A DNA stretch of 64,000 nucleotides from Actinomycetes bacterium (GTDB taxonomy: Bacteria; Actinomycetota; Actinomycetes; JACCUZ01), in the NCBI GenBank assembly GCA_038246545.1, contig JBBRVW010000025.1:3864-67863 (forward strand). The letters are read 5' to 3'. Shown here one piece after another: positions 1 through 9,936 of this stretch. Each line of letters opens with the position of its first letter. Within the stretch, counting starts at the first letter, position 1. Under the pieces are notes generated by a model that had not been told where the DNA came from, searched no databases, and saw nothing but the letters and a program-made list of their open reading frames with translations. The position numbers and the translations under genes were made by a program.

Positions 1-263
1 CTCTGGACGTCGCCGCAGAGCCGACCCTGCCCGCCGGGACGCGGCACCCTGGCCGCGATCGCGAGCCACGCCATACCCACCGCGGCCCCCGACGGGATCA
101 CGCCGAGGAACGGCACGTGTGACGCCTGGTGGGCCCCCCACCAGCGAAGCAGCTCCGCTGCGAAGACCGGCTCGGGACCGGCCGGGTGTTCGGGCTCGTC
201 GAATTGTCCGAGCAGCCCGGCCATGTGCCCCATGTCATCGGCGCCGGCAACCCTGACCTCCAT
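1..263 (-). CDS. GNAT-like N-acetyltransferase, partial (3' end lies outside the window)
   Basis: Absent from the ORF track because the frame runs off the left edge. ATG at 263..261. Reverse translation gives MEVRVAGADDMGHMAGLLGQFDEPEHPAGPEPVFAAELLRWWGAHQASHVPFLGVIPSGAAVGMAWLAIAARVP... with G/C-rich third positions. The GNAT resemblance is judged by eye only. Confidence 0.4.
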   Translation of the reverse strand, partial: MEVRVAGADDMGHMAGLLGQFDEPEHPAGPEPVFAAELLRWWGAHQASHVPFLGVIPSGAAVGMAWLAIAARVPRPGGQGRLCGDVQ

Positions 264-396
264 GAGGAGCAAGCCTGCCTCATGTGCACGGGCTCGACGC
301 GGCGCTGGCACCCGGGCGTAGTCCAGTCGACCGGTCCCTTCGGCAACCCGGCCGGATCCGTTCGACGCCCGGCGTGGTCACGCCTCCTGGCCATGA

Positions 397-1338
397 CTAC
401 CGGCGGCGCTTGGTGCTGCCGCCGCGGTCGCGCTGGACCCGGTGACCAGCGACGGCGGCAAGCGTCGCCTCGAGCGCTGCCCGCGTCTCGGCGGTGGTCT
501 GCTGGGCGACCCCGACGAACATGAAGTCGACCAGGGTCAGCTGCGCGAGACGGCTCGCCATCGCGCCGCTGCGGAACGTGGTCTCGCGCACAGCCGTGGT
601 GAGCACGTGGTCGGCCACCTCGACGATGGGAGAGCGCGGGAAGTTGGTGAGGGCGACGGTGGTCGCTCCGCTACGGCGGGCCTGAGCGAGCGCGTCGATG
701 GTGTCGGACGTGACGCCGGTGTGCGAGATGCCGATCGCCACGTCGCCGGGCTGCAGCAGGGCGGCGCTGGTCAGGGCGATGTGGGTGTCGGACCAGGCGA
801 AGGCGATCTGACCGATGCGGTGGAGCTTCTGCTGGAAGTCCATCGCGACGAACGCGCTGGCCCCCACGCCGTACACATCGATGCGTCGGGCGGCGACGAG
901 CGCGTCGACCACGGCCTGCAACGCCGCGACGTCCAGGTGGGACGCCGTCTCCTCGACCGCCCGGGCGTCGGCGAAGGCGATCTTCTCGACGATCGCCGCG
1001 AGGTCGTCGCCAGGACCGATGTCGCTGCCGACCACGCGCACACCGTTGTCCGCCCGGCCGGACTCGGTGGCCAGGGTCAGGCGGAGCTGCGGGTAGCCGG
1101 ACAGGCCGAGGGTCCGGCAGAACCGGATGACCGTGGTCTCCGAGGTTGCGCACTTCTGCGCCAGCTCGGTGATCGTGCTGGCGGCGACCGCCCGCGGGTC
1201 CTCGAGCACCTCGTGCGCCACCCGCCGCTCGGAGAGCGACAGGGACGGCAGGATGGCGCGCAGCCGCACGGCCAGCGAGGCAGGACCCTGGCCGTCAGGG
1301 GACGACGGGGTGGCATCGGCCTTCGCGGCTCCGGACAT
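397..1338 (-). CDS. MurR/RpiR-family transcriptional regulator (HTH_6 + SIS sensor domain)
   Basis: 313-aa ORF. HTH segment STITELAQKCATSETTVIRFCRTLGLSGYPQLRL is followed by SIS-like VYGVGASAFVAMDFQQKLHRIG...GISHTGVTSDTIDAL. It flanks the amino-sugar genes. Confidence 0.9.
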   Translation of the reverse strand: MSGAAKADATPSSPDGQGPASLAVRLRAILPSLSLSERRVAHEVLEDPRAVAASTITELAQKCATSETTVIRFCRTLGLSGYPQLRLTLATESGRADNGVRVVGSDIGPGDDLAAIVEKIAFADARAVEETASHLDVAALQAVVDALVAARRIDVYGVGASAFVAMDFQQKLHRIGQIAFAWSDTHIALTSAALLQPGDVAIGISHTGVTSDTIDALAQARRSGATTVALTNFPRSPIVEVADHVLTTAVRETTFRSGAMASRLAQLTLVDFMFVGVAQQTTAETRAALEATLAAVAGHRVQRDRGGSTKRRR

Positions 1339-1356
1339 GAAGAAAAGTTACAGCGG

Positions 1357-2727
1357 TCAGGTCGCCGACGGCGAAGAACCCGCGAGGCCGCCGCCGTACG
1401 GGCCGTACAGCAGGTGCTCACGTCGCCTGGAGTCGAACGCGGCCAGCTCGTCCTGCCACGCGGCCACGACCTCGTTGGTCGATGCGCCGGCGTCGACCAT
1501 CGTCCGGAACCTCGTCGAGCCGGTCAGCTTGTCGATCCAGTTGTCCGAACGCCAGGCGAAGTCAGATCCGTAGATCCTCTTGGCCGCCACGATCATGGCG
1601 GTGCCGGTGCGCAGGGCGTCGAAGGTCGACGGGTCGGTCACCTGCAGCTGCACGCCCGCGCAGGACTTGTTGACGTGCTTGGAGAACGTCGGCGTGAAGT
1701 AGGCCTCCCGGATCAGCACTCCCGGATGCTTCTGGTCGCGCAGCTCCTGCGCCCACCGCTCGTCGAGGTACGGCGCGCCGACCAGCTCGAACGGCCGGGT
1801 GGTGCCCCGGCCCTCGGACAGGTTGGTCCCCTCGAACATGCAGGTGCCGGGGTAGACCAGCGCGGTGTCGGGGGTCGGCATGTTGGGCGACGGCAGGACC
1901 CATGGCAGTCCGGTGTCGGCGTACGCCTGCCGGCGGTCCCAGCCACGCATCCGCACCACGTCGACCTTCAGCGGCTGGTCGGTCTCGTCCGGGAGGTACT
2001 CCGCGGCGAAGAGCAGGGCCAGCTCACCGACGGTCATGGCGTGCTGCTGGCAGATCTCACGGCGCCCGACAAACGTCGCGAACGCCCGGTCGAGCACCGG
2101 GCCGCGCGGCGCGCGTCCGGTCGTCGGGTTGGGCCGGTCCAGGACGACGAAACGCTTGCCGGTCACGGCGGCCGCGACCATGCAGTCGTACATCGTCCAG
2201 ATGTAGGTGTAGAACCGCGCACCGGCGTCCTGGATGTCGAACACCATCGTGTCCACGCCGGAGCGACGGACGATGTCGGCCAGCGCGTCGCCGCTCTTCA
2301 GGTAGGTGTCCCAGACGGTCAGCCCGGTGCGCTCGTCGACGTAGCTGCCCTCGGAGCCGCCGGCCTGTGCCGTGCCCCGGAACCCGTGCTCCGGTCCGAA
2401 GACGGCCACCAGATCCACCTGGTTCGAGGCCGCCATCACATCGACCTCGTGGGTCAGGTCCGGCAGCACCCCGGTCGGGTTGGTGACGATGCCCACCTTC
2501 TGACCGCGGAGCACGTCGTAACCGCTGGAGATCAGCTCCTGGGCACCGGTCCGCACCGGCCGGCCGCCGCTCGGCGCGGTGGCCGCCGCGGCCGGGCCGG
2601 CCAGTGTCGGTCCGGCGGCCACTCCTGCGGCCGCGGCACCCAGGGCGCCGAGAAAGCCCCGTCGGCCGAGGCCGGGCGGCCGGGTCTGCGTGTGGGTCGG
2701 GTCGGTCATGGTGTGCTCCTGACTCAT
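1357..2727 (-). CDS. DUF1343 family exo-beta-N-acetylmuramidase-like protein (NamZ/YbbC-like), TAT-secreted
   Basis: 456-aa ORF. Twin-arginine signal GLGRRGFLGALGAAAAG. DUF1343-like core GIVTNPTGV...FGPEHGFRG...VFDIQDAGARFYTYIWTM...VLDRPNP. ATGA start/stop overlap with the upstream GH3 gene. Confidence 0.85.
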   Translation of the reverse strand: MSQEHTMTDPTHTQTRPPGLGRRGFLGALGAAAAGVAAGPTLAGPAAAATAPSGGRPVRTGAQELISSGYDVLRGQKVGIVTNPTGVLPDLTHEVDVMAASNQVDLVAVFGPEHGFRGTAQAGGSEGSYVDERTGLTVWDTYLKSGDALADIVRRSGVDTMVFDIQDAGARFYTYIWTMYDCMVAAAVTGKRFVVLDRPNPTTGRAPRGPVLDRAFATFVGRREICQQHAMTVGELALLFAAEYLPDETDQPLKVDVVRMRGWDRRQAYADTGLPWVLPSPNMPTPDTALVYPGTCMFEGTNLSEGRGTTRPFELVGAPYLDERWAQELRDQKHPGVLIREAYFTPTFSKHVNKSCAGVQLQVTDPSTFDALRTGTAMIVAAKRIYGSDFAWRSDNWIDKLTGSTRFRTMVDAGASTNEVVAAWQDELAAFDSRRREHLLYGPYGGGLAGSSPSAT

Positions 2728-4505
2728 GGCGTGGACGTCAGGCCGTGGCCGAACGGGTAGAGCGTCGTGCCCGGGTCACTGGCTGTGGGGATGGCGACCG
2801 GCAGCAGGCCGGCGGGCTGGACCTCGCCGAAGAGCACCCGGGCCAGGGACTCGATGGAGATCGCGGTGGTGGAGTAGGTCGCGAGGTAGGTCGGCGCGTC
2901 GGTGAAGTACGCGATGTCGTAGGGGTCGCGCACGGCCACCACGACGACAGGTTTGCCGGTGGCCAGCAGCTGCTTGACCAGCTTCTGCTGACCGGCACTC
3001 GTCCAGGCCCTGTTCGTCGCGACCACGACCTGGTCGCTGGTCTGCGCCTGCGCCACGGCAGCGGTGATGGTGGCGTCGCTCGGCGCGGTCCCGGTGTTGT
3101 ACGCCGTCGCGGCCGGTCCGCGGGCGGAGATCCGCTCGGCGAGGCCGGGGGTGACACTGGCGCCGGTGACGAGGACCTTCTGGGCGCCCTTGGCGAGCGG
3201 CAGCGTGTCGGCGTCGTCCTTCACCAGGGTGACGGTGGCGTCGGTGATCTCCTGGGCCCGCTGCTGGTGCGCAGCGGTGCCTACCAGGGAGCTGACCTTG
3301 GACTCGTCGACGAAGACGTTCTTGGGCTTGAAGAGACCGCGAGTCATCTTCAGCTGCAGCACGCGGTGCACCGACTGGTCGATCCGGTCCTCGGTGAGCT
3401 CACCGGAGCGCACGGCGTCGAGCACGGCGTTGTAGGCGATGTCCAGCTTGCCGGGGGCGGGCATGAGCAGCTGGTCGACACCGGCCTTCAGCGCCAGCAC
3501 CGGGATGCGGTCGTCGCCGAAGCCGTCGCGCACGCCCTGCATGGTCAGGGCGTCGGTGATGACCACGCCGTCGTAGCCCATCTCGCCCCGCAGGATGTCG
3601 GTGATGATCGGCTTCGAGAGGGTCGCCGGCACCTCCGACGGGTCGAGCGCGGGGACGACGATGTGGGCCGTCATGATCGCGTCGATTCCGCGGCTGATCG
3701 CGGCCCGGAAGGGCGGGGCGTCGATGCGCTCCCACTCCGCGCGGGTGTGGGTGATGATCGGCACGCCGTAGTGGCTGTCGGTCGCCGTGTCGCCGTGTCC
3801 GGGGAAGTGCTTCGCGGTGGCGGCCACGTTCGCGCTCTGGTAGCCGTCGACGCTCGCCGCCACCAGGTCGGACACCAGCGACGGGTCGGAACCGAACGAC
3901 CGCACACCGATGACCGGGTTCTGCGCGTTCACGTTGACGTCGGACACGGGTGCGAAGTTCTGGTTGATGCCGATGGCCCACAGCTCCTTGCCGCTGATCC
4001 GGGCCGCGTCATAGGCATTGGGCACGCTGCGTCCCGCGCCCAGCGCCATGTTGCCCGGCAGCTGGGTGGCCGGCGGTCCGACCCGGGTGACCACCCCGTG
4101 CTCCTGGTCGGTGGTGATCTGCAAGGGGATGCCGGACCGCTGTGAGGTCGCCACCCGCTGCAGGCCGTTGGACAGGCCGGCGATCTGCTCGGGGTTCGCC
4201 ACGTTGTTCGACCAGGCGAAGTAGATGACTCCGCCGACGTGGTACTTCTCGATCAGCTCCTTGCCGTTCGCGACACCGAGGTCCTGCTCGTTGTGCGCGA
4301 CGTCGGCCGGGTCGGTCGTGTCGGCGGTCTGCCCGTAGGCGTAGGTGACGAAGAGCTGCCCGACCTTCTCCTCCAGCGTCATCCGCTTGATGATCTGGTC
4401 GATCCGGTCGCTGCTGGCCGCCGCCGGTCCACCCACAGAGGTCAGCGCGACCGCACAGGCCACGAGCAGGAGCAGAGGTCGGAGTCGGGCGCGGATCTCG
4501 GGCAC
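2724..4505 (-). CDS. Glycoside hydrolase family 3 beta-N-acetylhexosaminidase (NagZ-like), secreted/lipoprotein
   Basis: 593-aa ORF. Signal peptide with lipobox-like LLLLVACAV. GH3 motifs include KHFPGHGDTATDSHYG and ITDALTMQG. A C-terminal GH3 domain is present. Confidence 0.9.
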   Translation of the reverse strand: MPEIRARLRPLLLLVACAVALTSVGGPAAASSDRIDQIIKRMTLEEKVGQLFVTYAYGQTADTTDPADVAHNEQDLGVANGKELIEKYHVGGVIYFAWSNNVANPEQIAGLSNGLQRVATSQRSGIPLQITTDQEHGVVTRVGPPATQLPGNMALGAGRSVPNAYDAARISGKELWAIGINQNFAPVSDVNVNAQNPVIGVRSFGSDPSLVSDLVAASVDGYQSANVAATAKHFPGHGDTATDSHYGVPIITHTRAEWERIDAPPFRAAISRGIDAIMTAHIVVPALDPSEVPATLSKPIITDILRGEMGYDGVVITDALTMQGVRDGFGDDRIPVLALKAGVDQLLMPAPGKLDIAYNAVLDAVRSGELTEDRIDQSVHRVLQLKMTRGLFKPKNVFVDESKVSSLVGTAAHQQRAQEITDATVTLVKDDADTLPLAKGAQKVLVTGASVTPGLAERISARGPAATAYNTGTAPSDATITAAVAQAQTSDQVVVATNRAWTSAGQQKLVKQLLATGKPVVVVAVRDPYDIAYFTDAPTYLATYSTTAISIESLARVLFGEVQPAGLLPVAIPTASDPGTTLYPFGHGLTSTP

Positions 4506-4679
4506 GGTGCCTCCAGGGGCGGGGGGAGCGCGCCGGGGGCGGCGCGAGTCGGCAGGGGGACGACGACGAGCGGGCTCGTCCGAAACCCAGCAACGTTAGT
4601 TTGCTGATTCGCGTAAGTTACCTACACTACGACCGTGGTCAACGGTCGAACCAGCCAAGAACGGCCCGAACTGACCGCG

Positions 4680-5645
4680 TCAGGCGCAGAGCCGGGCGTG
4701 CGTGTCCGGCGTGGCCAGTGCCGGATCGAGCGCGGCGAGCGCCAGCCAGGCCGCTCCCCCGACACCGGTGCGGGCGGGCAGCGCGACGCCGGCGAAGCGG
4801 GCCGAGAGCAGCCCCCGCAGCACGGCCCCGACCGTGGACTGGTCGCCGGCCAGGCTTCCCGCGAGGACGATCGGGGTGTTCTCGGCCGGGTCCCGGATCA
4901 GACCGAGGGTCGCCACCAGTGCAGCCGCGGCGCATTCGACTATCGACTGCGCCTGCGGGTCCCCGGCACGGGAAGCGGCAGTGACCAACGGGGCGAGCGC
5001 CGAGAGCTGGACACCGGGACGCGAGTTCACCACCTGGATCACCCGGTCGCGCTGACCGTCGCGCCCCGGCCGGGCAGCGCCCAGCTCGCGCAGGACGGAG
5101 TCGACCAGCGGCCCAGGAGGCGTCCCCGCGTCCAACGTGCGCAGGGTGGCGCGGACGGCTTCGCGGCCGAGCCAGAAACCCGAGCCGTCGTCCCCGAGCA
5201 GCCAGCCGTGACCGTCCGCGGTCCGCGTCAGCCGGCGGTCGATCAGCGAGCCTGCCGCCGCACCGGTGCCGGCGACCAGGACCGCGCCGTCGGCCTCTGG
5301 CGTGCCGCTCGCAAAGGCCACCTCGAGGTCAGGAACGTAACCCGGGTCGCAGGTGAGTCCGGCCGCGGCCCACACCCGGCCGAAGTGGGTGGCCACTGCA
5401 GGGGTGCGCAGCGCCGAACCCCCTGCGACGCCCAGCACCGACGCCTGCACCCGGGTGGGGTCCACCCCGGCGAGCGCGGTGCGCAGAGCGTCCGCGAGTG
5501 CGGCCGCGGCACCCGTCGGGTCGGTGGTCGGGTTACCGCCACCGGTGACGCCCCGACCGTGCTCCTGCCCGTCGGCGCCGACCACAAGGATGCGCGTCGA
5601 GGTACCGCCGAGGTCGCCGCCGAGGGCCAGGATCTCCGAACGCAC
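4680..5645 (-). CDS. BadF/BadG/BcrA/BcrD-type ATPase family sugar kinase (GlcNAc or MurNAc kinase-like)
   Basis: 321-aa ORF. N-terminal ASKHA phosphate-1 motif LGGDLGGTSTRILV, and later GTGAAAGS. Lies in an amino-sugar context. Confidence 0.8.
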   Translation of the reverse strand: MRSEILALGGDLGGTSTRILVVGADGQEHGRGVTGGGNPTTDPTGAAAALADALRTALAGVDPTRVQASVLGVAGGSALRTPAVATHFGRVWAAAGLTCDPGYVPDLEVAFASGTPEADGAVLVAGTGAAAGSLIDRRLTRTADGHGWLLGDDGSGFWLGREAVRATLRTLDAGTPPGPLVDSVLRELGAARPGRDGQRDRVIQVVNSRPGVQLSALAPLVTAASRAGDPQAQSIVECAAAALVATLGLIRDPAENTPIVLAGSLAGDQSTVGAVLRGLLSARFAGVALPARTGVGGAAWLALAALDPALATPDTHARLCA

Positions 5646-5751
5646 AAGTACTCCGATTCAGGCGAATGTCGGTTAGTGTCGCACCGATTCGCCACGGCCC
5701 ACGTCCCCCTCGGCGCATCACGCGCTCACGTCACAGGAGGCCACGACTCCG

Positions 5752-6558
5752 ATGGTTGACATGTCCGGTACTGCCGAAGCCGGCGGCGGCGCCAATGCTG
5801 CGGCGACCACGGTCAGCGCCCAGGCCTACCTCGCTGCGCTCACGCCCATCATGACCAAGGTGGCCGAGCAGGCCGACGGCCCGGTGCAGGAGGCAGCCGA
5901 CCTCATCGTGGCGTCGTTGTGCGCCGGCGGCGTCGTCCAGGCATTCGGATCCGGGCACTCCGAGGCGTTGGCGATGGAGATCGCCGGTCGCGCGGGTGGG
6001 CTGGTGCCGACCAACCGGATCGCGTTGCGCGACGTCGTCACCGTCGGCGGCGAGTCGCCCGACGTACTCGGCAACAAGCACCTCGAGCGGGACCCGTCGA
6101 TCGCCCACCGGCTGTACGACCTCGCCAACGTGTCCGAGTCCGACATCTTCGTGGTCGCGTCGAACTCCGGCGTGAACGGCTCGATCGTCGAGCTGGCGCA
6201 ACTGGTGAAGCAGCGCGGGCACCGGCTGATCGCCATCACGTCGTTCACCCAGACCGCGAGGGTCGACTCCCGGCACCCGTCCGGCACGAAGCTGGTGGAC
6301 CACGCCGACGTCGCACTCGACAACGGCGCTCCGTACGGCGATGCCGTGCTGCCGCTGCCCGGCGGCGGGACCGTCTGCGCGGTCTCGTCGATCACCGGTG
6401 CCCTGGTGGCACAGCTGATCGGCGCCGAAGTCGTTCGGCGGCTGACCGAGGCGGGCGAGACACCGCCGGTCTACCTGTCGGCCAACGTCCCCGGCGGGGA
6501 CGAGCACAACAGCAGCCTCGAAGCCCGCTACGCCGGCCGGATTCGCCGTACGGCCTGA
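5752..6558 (+). CDS. SIS domain protein (UPF0309-like sugar-phosphate isomerase/binding fold)
   Basis: 268-aa ORF. SIS pattern VQAFGSGHSEALAMEI...IFVVASNSGVNGSIVELA. Divergent from the BadF-type kinase. Confidence 0.8.
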   Translation: MVDMSGTAEAGGGANAAATTVSAQAYLAALTPIMTKVAEQADGPVQEAADLIVASLCAGGVVQAFGSGHSEALAMEIAGRAGGLVPTNRIALRDVVTVGGESPDVLGNKHLERDPSIAHRLYDLANVSESDIFVVASNSGVNGSIVELAQLVKQRGHRLIAITSFTQTARVDSRHPSGTKLVDHADVALDNGAPYGDAVLPLPGGGTVCAVSSITGALVAQLIGAEVVRRLTEAGETPPVYLSANVPGGDEHNSSLEARYAGRIRRTA

Positions 6559-6646
6559 CTCGGTAGTTCATCACCAAGGAGAGAGCACCCGAACGCTTGC
6601 TCCCGCTGACTGTTCCTCCAACACACCAACCCGGAAGGCAGACACC

Positions 6647-8062
6647 ATGACCACCGAGAAGAAGGCAGTCGACCGCCGCAGCTTCATGAAAGGCGCGCTA
6701 GCGACGGCGGCAGTCTTTCCGTTGAGCTCCGCGCTGGCGGCGTGCGCGGGCAACAGCAACGACTCCGCCAAGGACACGAAGGGAGGCGGCAAGGTCAGCG
6801 AGAGCAATCCGTTCGGCATGGCTGACAAGTCGTCGGTCGACGCGGTGATCTTCGACGGTGGCTACGGCACCGACTACGTCGCGTTCGCCGCCGCGCTGAT
6901 GGAGAAGAACCACGCCGGCTCGTCGGTCAAGGTCTCCCCGACGACCAAGATCGCCCAGGAGCTGCAGCCGCGCTTCGTCGGTGGCAACCCGCCCGACCTG
7001 ATCGACAACTCCGGTGAGAACGCGATCGGGTTCAGCACGATCCTCGACCAGGTCGAAGACCTCAAGGACGTCCTCGACGCGAACACCCTCGAGGGGACGA
7101 CGATCCGGGACACGCTGTTCGGTGGCGTCGAGGAACCGGGCACCTACGACGGCAAGCTGGCCGCGCTCAACTACGTGCTGACGGTCTATGCGGTCTGGTA
7201 CTCCGCGAGCCTGTTCGAGGAGAACAGCTGGACCCCGCCGAAGACGTGGGACGAGGCGATGGCCCTGGGCGCCAAGGCCAAGGCGAAGAACAAGTACCTG
7301 TTCGTGTGGGGCAAGGAGGCGGCGACGTACTACCAGACCCTCGCGATCGGGTCGGCGATCAAGGAAGGCGGCGACGAGGTCCGGCTCGCGCTGGAGAACC
7401 TGGAAGCCGACTGCTGGTCGCACCCTGCAGTCCAGGCCGTCTTCACGGGCATGGGCGAGGTCGTCAAGGCGGGCTACGTCAAGCCCGGCGGAGCGGGCAC
7501 CCAGTTCACTGCCGCTCAGGCCCAGTGGAGCAACAACCAGGACGCCCTGCTGTACCCGTCAGGGTCCTGGATCGAGAACGAGATGAAGGACCAGACCAAG
7601 CCCGACTTCCGGATGACCGGGCTCGCCGAGATGACGGTGACGGCGGACTCCTCGATGCCGTACGCGGCTCTGCACAGCGCCTCCGGTGAGCCGTTCGTGA
7701 TCCCGTCGCAGGGCAAGAACGTGGCTGGGGGCAAGGAGCTGCTCCGGACGATGCTCTCCAAGGAGGCCGCCACGAACTTCGCCAAGACCAAGCTCGCGCC
7801 GACCATCGTCAAGGGCACTGTTCCGGCTGACGGCTTCGGCTCGACGGCACTGGTCTCGCAGAACGATCTGCTCAGCGCCGCCGGGTCCGACGTCTTCACC
7901 TGGAAGTTCGTCGACCTGTACGGCATCAACGCCGACCAGCTCGTCATCTGGAACAGCTTCCTGGCCGGTAAGGCCGACGTCGCGGCGCTGACCTCGGGAC
8001 TGCAGAAGATCAGCGACAAGATCCGTGAGGACGACTCGATCAAGAAGATCAAGGTCACATGA
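6647..8062 (+). CDS. ABC transporter sugar-binding lipoprotein (GlcNAc/chitobiose NgcE-like)
   Basis: 471-aa ORF. Signal DRRSFMKGALATAAVFPLSSALAACAGN with a lipobox Cys. Family-1 solute-binding protein composition. Stop overlaps the start of the next gene (ATGA). Confidence 0.85.
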   Translation: MTTEKKAVDRRSFMKGALATAAVFPLSSALAACAGNSNDSAKDTKGGGKVSESNPFGMADKSSVDAVIFDGGYGTDYVAFAAALMEKNHAGSSVKVSPTTKIAQELQPRFVGGNPPDLIDNSGENAIGFSTILDQVEDLKDVLDANTLEGTTIRDTLFGGVEEPGTYDGKLAALNYVLTVYAVWYSASLFEENSWTPPKTWDEAMALGAKAKAKNKYLFVWGKEAATYYQTLAIGSAIKEGGDEVRLALENLEADCWSHPAVQAVFTGMGEVVKAGYVKPGGAGTQFTAAQAQWSNNQDALLYPSGSWIENEMKDQTKPDFRMTGLAEMTVTADSSMPYAALHSASGEPFVIPSQGKNVAGGKELLRTMLSKEAATNFAKTKLAPTIVKGTVPADGFGSTALVSQNDLLSAAGSDVFTWKFVDLYGINADQLVIWNSFLAGKADVAALTSGLQKISDKIREDDSIKKIKVT

Positions 8063-9057
8063 CCGATTCGGCAGCCGTTCCCACCACGGACGCAGCACCG
8101 GTCCTGCGTCCCATCAAGGCTCGCCGCAGGCTGACGTTCGACAAGGTCAGCTTCTTCGTGGTGTTCCTCGGGCTGCCGCTGTCGATCTTCCTGGTGTTCG
8201 TGGTCTGGCCGTTCGTGCAGGCGTTCTACTACTCCATGACCGACTGGTCGGGCTTCACCCCCGACATGGCCTTCGTCGGTCTGCGGAACTACCGGACGTT
8301 GCTCCACGACGACATCTTCGTGACCGCGTTCTGGAACAACATCCTGCTGGCCGTCGTGGTGCCCCTCGTGACCGTCGTGCTCAGCTTCGTGCTGGCCACG
8401 ATGGTCACGGTCGGGGGCACCACGCACGGGGCCGCACGTGGGATACGGAACTCGAACTTCTATCGGGTCATCTCCTTCTTCCCCTACACGATCCCGGCGA
8501 TCATCATCGGAATCCTGTGGGGTCAGATGTTCGACCCCTCCGCGGGCCTTCTGAACGGCGTCCTCACCAAGGTCGGGCTCGACCAGTTCGCCAGCTTTCC
8601 CTGGCTCGGGGACACCCGCACTGCCATGCCGGCCTCGATGTTCGTGATCATCTGGGGCTTCGTGGGCTTCTACATGGTGCTGTTCGTCGCCGCGATCAAG
8701 GGGATCCCCTCGGACTACTACGACGCGATCCGGCTCGACGGCGCCGGCCGGATCCGGACGGCGTACTCGATCACGATCCCGTTGATCCGCGACAACATCC
8801 AGACCGCCTACATCTATCTAGGCATCCTGGCCCTCGATGCGTTCGTCTACATGCAGGCGCTTAACCCCGGCGGGGGGCCGGACAACTCCACCCTGGTCAT
8901 GCCGCAACGACTGCTCAACACCGCATTCTCGAAGGGCCAGTTCGGCCTCGCCAGCGCAATGGGCGTGGTGCTGGCCCTTGCGACCCTCACCTTCGCCGCG
9001 ATCGTCTTTTCGGTGAACTGGTTGACCGGCGGCCGCGAACAGAAGGTCAAGCGATGA
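8059..9057 (+). CDS. ABC sugar transporter permease (MalF/NgcF-like)
   Basis: 332-aa multi-TM ORF with an EAA-type loop region ...YYDAIRLDGAGRIRTAYSITIPLIR. Confidence 0.9.
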   Translation: MTDSAAVPTTDAAPVLRPIKARRRLTFDKVSFFVVFLGLPLSIFLVFVVWPFVQAFYYSMTDWSGFTPDMAFVGLRNYRTLLHDDIFVTAFWNNILLAVVVPLVTVVLSFVLATMVTVGGTTHGAARGIRNSNFYRVISFFPYTIPAIIIGILWGQMFDPSAGLLNGVLTKVGLDQFASFPWLGDTRTAMPASMFVIIWGFVGFYMVLFVAAIKGIPSDYYDAIRLDGAGRIRTAYSITIPLIRDNIQTAYIYLGILALDAFVYMQALNPGGGPDNSTLVMPQRLLNTAFSKGQFGLASAMGVVLALATLTFAAIVFSVNWLTGGREQKVKR

Positions 9058-9917
9058 CGACCGCGACACAACAACCCGCCTCGGGGACCGCCGGGCAGAA
9101 GACCGTCACCGCCGTCTCCCATGTCGTCCTCAGCGTGTGGACGATCCTGATCATCGTCCCCCTGCTGTGGACCCTGATGTCGTCGTTCAAGACGAGCAAG
9201 GAGATCTTCGCCTCACCTTTCACGCTGCCGGCACAGTGGAACTTCGACAACTACGTCTCCGCGTGGACCACGGCAGGCATCGGCAGGTTCTTCGCCAACA
9301 CCGTCATCGTGGTCGGATTCGCACTGGTCATCGTCATGGTGCTGGGAGCGATGTGCGCCTACGTGCTCGCCCGCTTCTCCTTCTTCGGCAGCAGGCTCAT
9401 CTACTACCTGATGCTCGCCGGCCTGACGTTCCCCGTCTTCCTGGCTGTCGTCCCGCTGTTCTTCGTGCTGAAGGACATCGGTCTGCTGAACACCCTCCCC
9501 GGGCTCATCATCACCTACGTGGCGTTCGCGCTCCCGTTCACGGTGTTCTTCCTGTTCCCGTTCTTCCGAGCGCTTCCCGACGAGATCGCCGAGGCCGCCG
9601 AGATCGACGGGGCGGGCGAGTGGCGCACGTTCTTCCAGGTCATGCTGCCCATGGCCAAGCCGGGAATGGCATCGGTCGCCATCTTCAACTTCCTCGGCCT
9701 GTGGAACCAGTTCCTGCTTCCGGTCGCCCTGAACACCAACCGCGAGAACTACGTCCTGTCCCAGGGCATGGCCTCGTTCGCCTCGCAGGCCGGCTACAAC
9801 GTCGACTTCGGCCGGTTGTTCGCCGCCGTCGTGATCACCGTCGTCCCGGTCCTGATCGTCTACGCCATCTTCCAACGACAGCTCCAGGGCTCGGTCACCG
9901 CGGGAACCATGAAGTAG
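9054..9917 (+). CDS. ABC sugar transporter permease (MalG/NgcG-like)
   Basis: 287-aa multi-TM ORF. EAA loop EIAEAAEIDGAGEWRTFFQVMLPMAKPG. ATGA overlap with the preceding permease. Confidence 0.9.
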   Translation: MTTATQQPASGTAGQKTVTAVSHVVLSVWTILIIVPLLWTLMSSFKTSKEIFASPFTLPAQWNFDNYVSAWTTAGIGRFFANTVIVVGFALVIVMVLGAMCAYVLARFSFFGSRLIYYLMLAGLTFPVFLAVVPLFFVLKDIGLLNTLPGLIITYVAFALPFTVFFLFPFFRALPDEIAEAAEIDGAGEWRTFFQVMLPMAKPGMASVAIFNFLGLWNQFLLPVALNTNRENYVLSQGMASFASQAGYNVDFGRLFAAVVITVVPVLIVYAIFQRQLQGSVTAGTMK

Positions 9918-9936
9918 CTGCCATCCCGATGCGTCG

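Noticed and set aside
442-4145. Long plus-strand ORFs (442..2760, 772 aa; 2604..4145, 513 aa) opposite the RpiR, DUF1343 and GH3 genes
   Set aside because: Arg/Gly/Asp/His-rich low-complexity translations with no motifs. They are antisense to genes with clear family signatures. This is typical of stop-codon-poor frames in very GC-rich DNA. The same applies to 9895..11937(-), 14687..15994(-), 16791..18044(-), 20097..21488(+), 21750..23162(+), 28272..30422(-), 35849..37516(-), 38068..39636(+), 45426..46967(+) and many shorter entries.
4595-5693. Shared GTTAGT...GATTCGC(G/C) strings (4595-4613 and 5672-5693) as a MurR/RpiR operator
   Set aside because: The spacing differs (5 versus 8 nt), the elements are short, and there are only two occurrences. 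This is not enough to call a site without comparative data.
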